NCBI GenBank assembly: GCA_023231475.1
Contig: JALJEE010003214.1
Location: 55,890 to 75,889 of the forward strand
Length of the DNA stretch: 20,000 nucleotides
Source: Seison nebaliae
Lineage: Eukaryota
Direction of reading: 5' to 3'
Positions 1 to 10,804 of this stretch are shown piece by piece (position 1 is the first letter of the stretch; each line of letters begins with the position of its first letter). The translations under genes and the position numbers were made by a program. The notes beneath the pieces are model-generated. The model was given only the letters and a program-made list of their open reading frames with translations. It searched no databases and was not told the origin of the DNA.

Positions 1-1565
1 GAGACGAAATTGTATTGACAATTCTTATTAATCACATGAATCGACTTGTTAGTCATCTGGAGCAGTTTCAAGAGATTCTGCTGGATCGTGTCGAATATAC
101 TAATTCGGAGGAGATCGTCATCTTTCTCCTTCACGTCCGTTGCCATCTGTTCATAATTCGAAAATTTCTCTTCGAATCTCAACAAACTATTCTCCAGACG
201 ATGCACATTCATCTCGTCTATCTCTACCAGATATTCGATGGCGGAAATCTAATCAACTAATTAAAGTTTCACAGTTCAAATAGAATAAATAAAACCATTT
301 CATCCGTTTCCTGATGAAGAATGAACGAACATTTCTCTCCCAAAATATCGTTGGTGAAATTAATGCAAATCTAATTGAGAAAAAAGAAACAAATCATTAT
401 CAAGGGAAATAACATTCTGAAATACTCATTAAAACTCCTTTAAAAACTCATTTTCTTAAAATTCTTCTTCAAATTTATTTCTTCAATTTCTTCTTCAAAT
501 TTATTTCTTCAATTTCTTCTAAAAACTCATTTTCTTAAGATTCTTCTAAAAACTCATTTTCTTAAAATCTTTCAGTTTATTTGCTTGGTTTCCTCTAATA
601 CTCTTTACTCAATTATGTAACATAAGATAGATTTCGTATGAAAAGAAACTAGATCCTAAAATAACCAATATAAATTGTGAGATATCCAAATTGTTTTTTA
701 AGTGGCATAGACGGGTTACATCATTCTTACTTGTTACATAGCTAATCGATTTAAATTCATTTTGAGTCTTCTTCTCATTCTTCTCATGCTTTCGGCCATT
801 GATCGACTCACCAACTGAGAAGTTTTCTCTCGATTCTCCATTATCATATCCATCGGTTCGTTTAACATCGTCTTCTATCTGCCCCATAATTGTTTCCTTC
901 TTCTCATTAGACATGCGTTCATTTCTCTGGTTTGTCTTATCATTATTTTTGAATTTAGTCACGATATATCTCTTCTTATTATGACGACGACTATTACTAC
1001 TACTGTTATTCGAGAGAGATGAACGCGATGGTGATGATGATGTTGCTGTTCTCCTAAATATGGATTTCATTGATTGTCTTGATGATGATGATGACGATGA
1101 TGATGTTGTTGTCGTCGTCGTCGTCGTCGAATTCTTCTTTATTGTTCTCAACATGGTTTTCCGCCCGTTCGTCCGTTTGAGAGGAGTTGTGGCAGTAATT
1201 GTAGTCGTCGTATTTTTATTGAGTAAATCCGTCTTCCGTTTCGACGGTTTGAATGATGATTTCTTATTATTGGGAGTAGGAGGAGAAGGAATCGAATTGC
1301 CATTCCTGCCGTTTCCCAACCAGTTCTTGACGTTCTCCTTCGTCGTCGATTGATAAGTAGATATTCGTTGTTGATTCTTAGAAATAACATTTCGCGTCGT
1401 CTTCACATCGATCGATGGGTGACGATTAATATCGAATGTAAATAATTGTTTACGACATTGCCGTTGTTTTCCATCCTTCACATCTTCCACATCCGGCGAC
1501 ATTCGTTTAATGCGCGACGAGATAGTCGCTTGGAGGTAGTTGGGCGGCAGTTTGAATTGTTTCAT
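1..1565 (-). CDS. Hypothetical protein, 3'-partial: basic Ser/Thr/Arg/Lys-rich disordered N-terminus followed by a helical-looking region
   Basis: Proposed join(1565..666, 370..296, 248..<1), starting at ATG 1565 (MKQFKLPPNYLQATISSRIKR). Phase-0 introns 665..371 (GTTATT...TTAG, 295 nt) and 295..249 (GTTTTA...TTAG, 47 nt) give an open frame ...DISQFIL|ICINFTNDILGEKCSFILHQETDEM|ISAIEYLVEIDEMNVHRLENSLLRFEEKF... to the window edge. No family recognised; upstream exons are not excluded. Confidence 0.65.
441..573. repeat. Intronic minisatellite of five 26-27 nt units in the order A-B-B-A-A
   Basis: A = taaaaactcattttcttaa(a/g)attcttc at 441, 520 and 547 (last copy ends atctttc). B = ttcaaatttatttcttcaatttcttc at 468 and 494. 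Confidence 0.85.
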
Positions 1566-2866
1566 ATCTGTCTCTACTCTCACTTACTTACTCAAACATT
1601 GTTGTGAGTTGTGGGAATAATAATGGAAATAATATGGACAAGAACAGATGATGGAACATCTGTGACAAACTGCTAACATGGTTAGCGCATATTCTCCAAC
1701 ACTTCCCCTTCAAGAAAGAAGCAAATTGAATGAATTGAGGCGCTGATCGAACGAGGAAGATGAGGAATATGAAAATTTTGTTCAATTTCATCAATTCTCT
1801 ATTTGCTGCTTCGTTTGTTGTTGGAAGAAATAAGAGAGAATCATTTGATTTCTAACGGATGACGAAGTTTTTTTATAACGGAAAATTTGGAAAATTTTAA
1901 TATTCTCCCAAAAAATAAGTAGGAAGAAATTTCTCTTACACACTCCCAAGGACAGAATGAAGAAAATTTCTCTCACATTGAGAGAATTCGATTATTTGGG
2001 GAAGGAAAATGTTGAATTCGCGATAAAAATAATTATTTTCAGTCTCGTCATTCCAGTTCATTATTTGAGAATCCAATGAGAGAAGTTTATTAAGTTTCAA
2101 ATACTGAGAATTGACATATACTTTCAGGAGACAGAATATGATGGAACCAGCGATGGTTGCAGAATGGTGTATTTATTTGTGGAGGGTAAGACGAAGAGAA
2201 TTGAGAGTCTGACTCATCAACAACTTTTTCCAAGTTGATGAGTCATTACGATTCCTCTTCTACCTACCCAACTGTTCGAGGATACTTCCACGAACTTGTA
2301 CAACGTCTATTTACTTCAATTATCGTTAAAGAGTAATTTCTCATACATTCTATTCATTCTTTTCCACAACCATCAATAATATCGTCAGATCACATCGATA
2401 TATAACGTGAGGGAAGGAAATGGAAAGATCGAGTAATTGGAGCGATGATGATCAGAACTCGAAATGAAGGTAATTCGATAAATACTTACAAATCATGTTA
2501 TCCGATATATCAATGAAGATTAAGGAGTTTCATCTCCCCAATTTCAGATTAACTTCCATTTTACTCAAATACAGCTTCTCCCTCCAAATTTTCCGTTTGG
2601 CTTCGAAACATTTCTCTCAATAAATTCCTCGGAACGTCTCAAATGTACATTATTGTCATCGAACGAGTCATTATATAAATCCGTCAAAATGGTGAATGAT
2701 GACAAAGTGGAGAAATGGCAATCGAATAATCAATCAGGTATTGACCATTGTCGATTGGAGGAAAGTTGGTCTTGGCGGAAGATATGAAAGTTTCGTAACG
2801 ATACAGTCGATTAATGGACAATTATGAGAATTGGAAGAATATTGAGTAAAATTCGAAAAATGGTTA

Positions 2867-3829
2867 TCAATTTGGAGATATTGTCATCATTATCATCGTC
2901 ACAGAGCAACAACAACGACAACAACAAGAACAATAAATATTCTTCATCAATTTATTATTGTTAATGTTGTTTTGTGCGTTGACTAATTTCATTAGAAAAC
3001 TCTCATCGACCTATTAATGTCGTTGCAATGATGCAAATAATCGTTTGATCGACAATTCACTTATCTGTCTCTTAGGAGAAATTTTAAATTTTCTAATTTT
3101 ATTATTTCGTTTCGTTTCCCCCCTTCTCGTTTGCTTATTCAAGCAACAACAATAACTTCAACACGACTTTTTCTTTCTTTTTTATTCATCTTCACTATCA
3201 TAACACATTTCCAATATTTTTTTTTCTCACAAAATACTTACAGAATGAGTAAGGTAAAGAAGGTGAAATAACCTTGAAATATTCTTGAATGAATCGAATC
3301 GGATGAATTGGTTCTCTTGATCTTCTTCCAATTCGCATCGTCCACATCTGCTCGATCGATGACTTCTCCTCAATCATTTCCTTCTCTGTCGATCCATTCA
3401 ATTGTTGTCGTTCAAACGATTGCTCATTTAAACTTTCACTTGTCTCATTCTTATTAATCTTATTCATCCCATTACTCTCGTTGTTGTTATTGTTGCTGAG
3501 TTTCTTCTTATATGATTGTTTCGTCGTGGAGATCTCGTTTTCAGGAATTGTATCGAAATTCCTTTTGGATTTGACGAGATGATTCGCAGAAGGGTTGTGA
3601 GAGGAATTGGATAAATTAGACGGTACTCCGAATATTTTGGGGAAAGATGCATTCTTCTTGAAGAAATGCATTTTTTCTCTTCCACTCAATATTTCCTTAT
3701 AGCAGTTCCATGAGTTGTATAAGAAGCAATAATTTGACGATCGGAGACATTTGAGTAGAATTCGATAACAATATGGACATGTTATCCCGTCGAATTTTGA
3801 TAGACTATTATCGAGTTCTACTTTATCAC
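2867..3829 (-). CDS. Putative orphan protein, Asn/Ser/Lys-rich, with a C-terminal Cys cluster; start uncertain
   Basis: The frame of ORF 3198..3689 is open back to an AG acceptor at 3830. A phase-0 donor GTTATT at 3272 and acceptor TAG at 3011 give ...IQEYFK|VDESFLMKLVNAQ...IYCSCCCRCCCSVTMIMMTISPN* (TGA 2869-2867). First in-frame ATG is 3671. No homology recognised. Confidence 0.4.
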
Positions 3830-6396
3830 CTATTCACCATATACGAGAGATATTTTGGGTGAGGAGGAAAGAAAGAAGAAGAAGAAATAGTGAGATGAAT
3901 TACCAGTTAAGTTGGTGAGAGGAAAACCGCAGGAATATTACAATCACATCGACAATTCATAACCTCAATAGTTGTCGAATAAAATTTTATTGATATAAAT
4001 TAAAAGTAATATTGTGTGTATATCGGCAGCGTATGTGGAGATTTCATACAGGCGTACAAACTGTTAAATAATGAGACGGACTGGTAGTCAGTCAGCGGAG
4101 AGGAGACTGGGACTTAATGAACAAATAATAAAGGAAATATACACATCAATTCCTACCAGGAACAATGGAGATGTTAAAAGAAAAATTAATAAAGATAAAT
4201 CGAGAAAAAGAAATTATAGTTCCTTTCCGTCTCTCATCCGACATACACGGACGAGAGGCCAAACAGAGAGAGATCAACCAAAATATCTTAATGACAAATT
4301 TTCTTTTCTTTACCATCATAAAAATAAAAATTCAATAAATTCTTTTTGATAAAGAAGAAACAGAGATTACTTCAATTAGAGCTCAAATCAAATAGAGAAA
4401 TACCGTCAATTCGAAAAAAGAAACGAAGAAAAAATATCGGAAAGAAAGTACACTAACTTCTTCTATCTCTTCTAAATTTAACATTCGTTTTCTATTTCCA
4501 CAAGAAATGCCTTTACTTCACATTCACATATGGCAACAGTGTAATTCACCTACCGTCCAAATGAACTTGATGGTGGGAAGTGCGTTGTGGAGGAAATTGG
4601 AAATGTCGTCCAACTATGCAAAATGGATGATAGACAGTTTTCTGTTACGATGACTCATTTCCTAAACGATCAACGTGTTTCGTCCTCTTTTTTTTGTTTC
4701 GGGGAAGAGTTTTTCGATTGAAGAGAAATTCCCATCATATGAAACGGAGAAGATGGTATTGGCAAAATGTGGAGAATATGTAAATGAACAACCTAAATAG
4801 GTTGGTTGTGATGAACTATGAAATTTGGTTGAATATGAATTACTAATAATTACATAACATGATGAAAGTTTCTTATCTAAAACCGATGAATAAGATAGGA
4901 GAGATAGTAAATTGGATGAATCTCGATATAATGGTGACATTCGAAGATGTGTGGTGAGCCATAATGTATCCTCCCTCTCGTCCACATATATATCGACATG
5001 CCTTTCAGAGAATCATTGAAACGGATAAATACTTTTTCCTCCCGAAATACTTCAACTTCTCACAAAGTCGAATCTCAGTGTATTGAACTTGACAGAATTA
5101 TATTTATTCAAAAAATCTTTTATTGGAATCCGAAAAAACTCTCTAACATTACTCAAGTTACATCAGTACTTGTTTCGTTCGATAGTCGTGTATCGCCACT
5201 CCAACATCGTGAAGAATGCAGAGAAACACTACGAGTCAAATTGGAAGTTACACGTACTGGAGGGGGAGAAGAGTTTTTTATATGAAACTTCCGATCGGTA
5301 GTAGAAAAAGTAAATAACTTAAGAATTAAGTTTATATGTTGGGATGAATGTGATTTGAAAAATTGGTAGGATATTGATTCGTTATAAGATGAGAAACCTA
5401 TCCTGTAAACAATTCAATGAGAAAATGAGTAATTGATCATGAATCGATTGTTCCGTTCGAACTACATCGTCTGATTATGTAAGAAAGCGGAGAAAGTCGA
5501 CTATTTTCTAATGTCTGTTCCACATACATATTCCCTTCCATATACTTTATCATGTTCATTCGCTATTTACTAATCATATTATTCGTGGCCAATCGTTACG
5601 TAAGATGTGGACGGGAAGGAAATGTGTTCTGTTCTCTTCATATCGCTAACTATATCAACTGGAATTTACAATCTCTCATAATCCTCACACAAACTAATAA
5701 AGCGTTTGTGGCAATCTCCGAAAGACTATTATTGAACATTGATCCCACTTCATTGTTTAGACATTTACCTCTGAAATGAAGAAGTTTAATAAACATTCCC
5801 CGAATGACAGAAAACAACCAAATCTTTATTAGACTACTCAGACACAACTATTTCTTCCTTTCTCCACTTTTTTCTAGTAAGCGTCCGAAAACTGGACGTA
5901 AAAAAATATTTATTACAACCTTGATCCATTCCTACTTTCATTTGTACACATGAAGCTCATTCTGCATTGCTCTACGTACGTACAATAACATTTATGAATC
6001 GTTTCTTATGCACAAGGTCTCTACCATGATACTTATGTGTAGTTCCCTTGTTTGGTCATTCTCTTCCGTGAAATAACCAGGCAAATTAGATGATGATTGG
6101 ATCAGCATTCGACATTATTCGCCCAATGATGATTAATTGTGAATGAAAAATATTTTAATTAATTTCGAAGTAATTAAAATTGGAGATTTAAATATAATTC
6201 ATATTTACAATTAATTAATTATTGAATTATTTACAAATTCAGTTACGCATGACTCTCTTTGGGTAAGCGATTTTTCTTTAGCTTTCGTACAAATTTTTCA
6301 ATTTTCGTCGAACGAAGACTGAACGATATGTTTTGATATCGGGATAGGAAAACAAGGGCACTTATGGTGAAATGGTTATGTGTGGAATCTGATTAA

Positions 6397-6852
6397 CTAA
6401 CTTCTCTTATGATGTGAATGAAATCGAAGAAATCGATGGATCTGTTTCGTTATTCTCCTCTTCGATTGTTTCCGTTCGAATGATTTGGTTGTTCGTTTAT
6501 TTTTCCTCTTACACTTTCCATTTCGTTCCAATTGATGTGATGGTGGAAAGTGTTGGGAACACGAACTCTTCCTGTTCATCTTACGAAGATTGAGTTGAAT
6601 GTTGGGAATTCCTTTCGCCATCCTCTCCCAATGGCCTCCATTGTGTTGTTGGTGATTGTTCAAGGAATGATTAGAAGATCTCTTAAAGATAATCTTCTTC
6701 CGACCCAACAACTTTTCTAAGGATAAGAATTTTGATACCATTACATCGACGGCTGTTGATGATGGACGTTTCTTTGATTTATTCGTTTCCGATATCTTCC
6801 TCAGTTTGATGCGTGGCAAGTGTGGCAATTGATTAGAATGGAACTCAGACAT
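6397..6852 (-). CDS. Possible small, highly basic orphan protein (151 aa)
   Basis: ATG-initiated 151-codon ORF in AT-rich DNA, rich in K/R/H/S like other local disordered coding regions. No domain recognised. Confidence 0.3.
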   Translation of the reverse strand: MSEFHSNQLPHLPRIKLRKISETNKSKKRPSSTAVDVMVSKFLSLEKLLGRKKIIFKRSSNHSLNNHQQHNGGHWERMAKGIPNIQLNLRKMNRKSSCSQHFPPSHQLERNGKCKRKNKRTTKSFERKQSKRRITKQIHRFLRFHSHHKRS

Positions 6853-8279
6853 TTTTTCGATGATTATGATGGGATATGGAGGAAAGAGTTATATGTCGAA
6901 TTGGTGAACGAAAGGAAATTCACGAAATCTCATAAGGGCGACGATACGATTTAATGGGAATTCCCGTTGAGAAAAAAGCAGGTTAATTTAGCGATGTTCA
7001 ATTGGTGATGGTAATCTTTTCCAACTACTGATATTTCGACGGATTTATGAGTAATGATATAATTCGACGTAATTATAAAGAATTTGTGAAAATAATTCGT
7101 TTCTTCTTCTTCGGTTCGATCAGCTGCTTTCCTTTCGTGAGAAGTGTCAAGCGGACAATTTTCTTCTCTTCCACATAACTTCCTTCCAGGAATGTTGTTA
7201 CAAATTATTTTCGAGAATCGACGACGGGATGAAGAAGACGAATGGATTGTTTTATTTACTCATTTGGCAAATTGAGGTGAATTAATAGTTTCTCTTTCTT
7301 CATTTTCATTAAAAGGAAATTATTCATCCTCATTTCCTTTCAACACTTTAACGTTTCTTCTCCTACCTACAACTACTCCAATCGTTCGAGTAGTTGAGAA
7401 TGTGAGAGAGATTGGGAAGGAGTATAGTTGTGGATTGATTGAGGGAGAATGTGTTGGGAACCGACAGACTTTTCTTTATCGATTTAATTAACTTAATTGA
7501 CAATTAACAAGGAAGATGGACAACCGATTTCTTATCTAACTGCCTAATCGACAATCAAGATTAACATCAATCTCTACCAATTCACAGAAGATTCTTATCG
7601 GAAAAATGAAATTAAATTGACGACAATTTTTCACCATTAATCACATTCACATCTCACAGTTCTGGTAGTATGGTGGGGAGGGAGTGAATAAGAACGATTT
7701 GTATATTTCACCTTCATCGACTCTCTTTAACGATTGTGACAATTATTGTACATCATTTTATGAGCATTGTCACTCTCAACGTTTCTTTATGAGAGACCTT
7801 AATCTTTCGTCGTCGATATATGTACGATACATAACATTTGGATGTGGTGGATTGGATGAAGGAAAAGAACTTTCACTTCTCCCAATCCATTTCTCTCTCT
7901 CGTGGAAACTAAACAAAAGAGAAAGTTAAATTTCCTTTTTATGTCTAATCTTCATCATCGGGTAAAGTGAAATGGGAATACGGAGAATTTTCGTTATTCC
8001 TTCACCTTCCTCAATGGGAAAGTTCTAACGTTTACGTTCCCATAACAACACAGATCACCTGAGTATCTTATCGTTAGTTATCGGAGTTAGTATAGTTTGC
8101 AACAATTGTAATTTATATGGGGAGAGCAAGGTCGATCGACGGAGAACGATTTGATAATTTAATGAAATTGAAGAAAGAATTTAATAGTTTCTCATCGAAG
8201 AAATTGATGGATTACGTTGCGATTCTCCGAAAAAGCTGTACAACCTTCGCCTCTTATCTAAATGAGAAATTAATCGAAA

Positions 8280-10323
8280 TTAGTTATCCATGGACGTGGG
8301 AATGGGAACTTTCTTCTCCGAATAACTCAAAACGACTTGTTTGAAATAATCAGACAACTGCTCGTTCGTTAATTTGGGTAGTGGTGGATTTGCTTTCGTT
8401 TTCACTTCTTTCGCGACTATCTCATACAAGAGAATTTTCAATGCTGCCAATATTTCTTCACCCACCGGAATGATCTATGATTTATGATGAGCTGCCAAAC
8501 GAAACGATAAAAATGAAACATATTTACTTGGTAGGAGGAAAGTGGATTTATCTCTCAATTCGAAGGTGAAAGCGAATTTGATGTTAGCTCGACCTTTAGC
8601 AAAATCAGCCGTATTTCCTGATGCACAATACAAGATGTCCGGACTCGCTCCCACCGTATAATCGATTCCCGATTTCTTCTGAATTGCATCTTTCATTCGA
8701 TTCGCATAATATTTCTATAATAAATCAAATTGAAGAAAATTGAAGAAAGAAATTATTAAACTAAAGTTCGAAAATCACTTGGTCTCTCCTTCCCATACGA
8801 CCATGGTAAGAGTATCAATTGCGAGTATGAGTGTAATGATACAAAAACGACAATTCGATATTGTTCTCGTATAAGTAAAGCGGAAATTGCTCTCGTTTCC
8901 GGTTCGGAAAACGGAATCCGACCAGCAAAAGTATCAGCACAAGGATTAGAACTACTACCCGATTCTGGTATAAGTTCAATAAAGATTTTTTGAAAGATTA
9001 ATCAATGAATTAACCCATCCAATGAAATTCGAAATTCCGATTCATATCTACACCATAACATGATGACGATCCATAAAAATATGGTGTGCGCGTTTTCCTC
9101 CACATTCGTTTTTCCTTTTCAACATTTTATTATGATAATAATGTGAATAAAATTAACTTTCGTATATTCGTAACCGTCTGGATTAATTACCGGAATAATC
9201 ATCAGATCCACATTTCGTAACAGTTCGAATGTTTGATTGTCTTGATTGGATTTAACATCTTTCACTAACTAAATGACGTTTGAATGATGGAATGGGATGG
9301 GAAAAAATGAGAGAGGAAACTTGTGAAATAATGAAAGTACAAGTAGCGGCGGATATCCATTCGCGAGCATGAATCGTACCTTCGATGAGTAATACCGGTT
9401 TCTGAATATCGTCACGAGGGAATCCAACTCGAATCAGATAAATCGGACGTTGTTCGTATGACGTGCCGATTTTGTGCATGTTGATGATATTGGGATATTT
9501 CTGCTCTAACAATTTCGCCCATTTCACTATCGATTCATAATCTACATAACTACCCACAATGGCGAGTGGCATATGATTCATCTCTTGAGATTTATCTTGA
9601 TAATCTTTCACATCGAATGCTGGTACGGTTGATGATTCCGTTTTCACATCTCGACTGATACTAAACGAGAATTAATTTGAGGAAGTTTATTGAGATTAAC
9701 TATCGTCTCATTCGAGGATGTTGTAATGAATGCCAATCGATATCATCAATCGTTAACATTCTCTCCGAATCATCCACATATCTAATATTTGAATTTGTAT
9801 TTTTTGATGAATTTGATAAAATTTGAACTTTTGAAGACTGAAAGCTTCCCGAGTAGCTCGAATGGAGAAATGAGAAAATAGTCGTCGCAATTTAAACAGT
9901 TCATCCTGATGAATAGCAATTTGAACTTTTTCCGACGTTGGATTTGACAGAAAGATGATCTAATGATGATTATCAATGAATGACGGAATTGTTGAGAAGA
10001 GAGAACATTTTCCGATTCTAATCGATGTAGTTCTTGCAAGACCGACCGCTCATTCTGGTTTTTGGCGAAAGCATTGATAATGACAAATCTTCAAAATTTC
10101 CAGAATTAACGGACGAAGAATAAAATATAAACTTTTCATAAGGACGGTCGTTCACCGTATATTGTTCCTTCAAGTGCGAACTGTCGATATGAGTATTTTG
10201 GATGAAGAGGGAGCGTAATTCGTTCGGGAGTTCGGCAAGAAATAAAGTTTCGTTCCATGTTTCTATTCCACCAACAGGTGACAAACAAATTAACGTATGG
10301 AAGATAAATAAGAAGTAGTTCAT
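8280..10323 (-). CDS. Secreted zinc metallocarboxypeptidase, family M14A (carboxypeptidase A/B-like), pre-pro-enzyme of 542 aa
   Basis: join(10323..10133, 10088..10007, 9959..9829, 9781..9701, 9660..9321, 9268..9158, 9114..9015, 8964..8762, 8714..8520, 8474..8280) = 1629 nt with no internal stop. Signal peptide [19 protein letters not shown], then a propeptide-like segment. Motifs: [10 protein letters not shown] (Zn ligands H69, E72), [18 protein letters not shown] (R127), GVDMNRNF (N144, R145), [15 protein letters not shown] (H196), LYCASG (Y248), FTFELRD (E270), FLLPSKYIIP. Numbering follows bovine CPA. Confidence 0.95.
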
Positions 10324-10365
10324 TGAAATGAATTGAGCGCACTTTCTACTTTTACTGCTTCTTTC

Positions 10366-10371
10366 TTTATT
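10366..10371 (-). promoter_or_regulatory. Candidate polyadenylation signal AATAAA for the 10394-10804 ORF
   Basis: tttatt on the + strand at 10366-10371, inside the 70-nt gap before the carboxypeptidase ATG. The hexamer is common in AT-rich DNA. Confidence 0.35.
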
Positions 10372-10393
10372 CTCTTCTCACTCGATCGATTCG

Positions 10394-10804
10394 TTATTCG
10401 CCATTATTTAAATGACGAGTAGACTGATGATATTCTCTTCGACGCCGTTCTTCTATTTCCGCTGCTATTTCATAAAAGTTCAATTTCTTCTCCATTCCAC
10501 CCACACATGGACAACAACATCTAATTAACTCACTAAAACTTATTTCATTTTTTACCGTTTTATTCTTCCTATTATCGTTACTACTCAATTGATTTGATGA
10601 TAATTTCACTTTATCTTTCGTTACATGTTCCAAGTTTTCTTTCGAATTATCCTCCAAATCTCTCGAGAAGTCTGAGAGACATTCATATTTCAGATCTATA
10701 GATGAAGGACTAATCGGACATCGCGGAGGTAATGAGGGTGGAACGACATGTCTGGTCAAATTTGACCGTTGTGGTATGGGCGGAGGAAGTTTCTTTCTCT
10801 CCAT
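10394..10804 (-). CDS. Small single-exon hypothetical protein (136 aa) with PxxPxR motifs and a CCCPC cluster
   Basis: ATG-to-TAA ORF containing PPPIPQR, PPSLPPR and RCCCPC, with a charged helical C-terminus. AATAAA lies 22 nt after the stop. Confidence 0.6.
   Translation of the reverse strand: MERKKLPPPIPQRSNLTRHVVPPSLPPRCPISPSSIDLKYECLSDFSRDLEDNSKENLEHVTKDKVKLSSNQLSSNDNRKNKTVKNEISFSELIRCCCPCVGGMEKKLNFYEIAAEIEERRRREYHQSTRHLNNGE

Noticed and set aside
441..573. CRISPR-like repeat array
   Set aside because: The units are directly tandem with no unique spacers, the context is eukaryotic, and there are no cas genes.
15..1390. ORFs 15..260, 799..984, 1060..1353 and 1148..1390
   Set aside because: Antisense or off-frame shadows of the minus-strand gene at 1-1565.
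1568..1591. GTAAGTAAGTGAG...CAG as a 24-nt intron joining ORF 1588..1794 to the 1565 ORF
   Set aside because: The phases do not match, it is far shorter than the local intron class, and it has no pyrimidine tract.
3321..3344. WTMRI-G-RR, resembling an amidated RIamide neuropeptide
   Set aside because: Single copy, no upstream dibasic site close by, and no signal peptide in a supportable gene model.
5185..5215. RHSNIVK, resembling kinase subdomain IV
   Set aside because: No other kinase motifs (VAIK, HRD, DFG) were found nearby.
5552..5779. 75-aa ORF with a signal-peptide-like start
   Set aside because: Short, with no motif; hydrophobic starts are common by chance in AT-rich DNA.
8280..10323. 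Fragmented carboxypeptidase ORFs suggesting a pseudogene, frameshifting or stop-codon reassignment
   Set aside because: Nine GT-AG introns restore one frame with all catalytic residues under the standard code.
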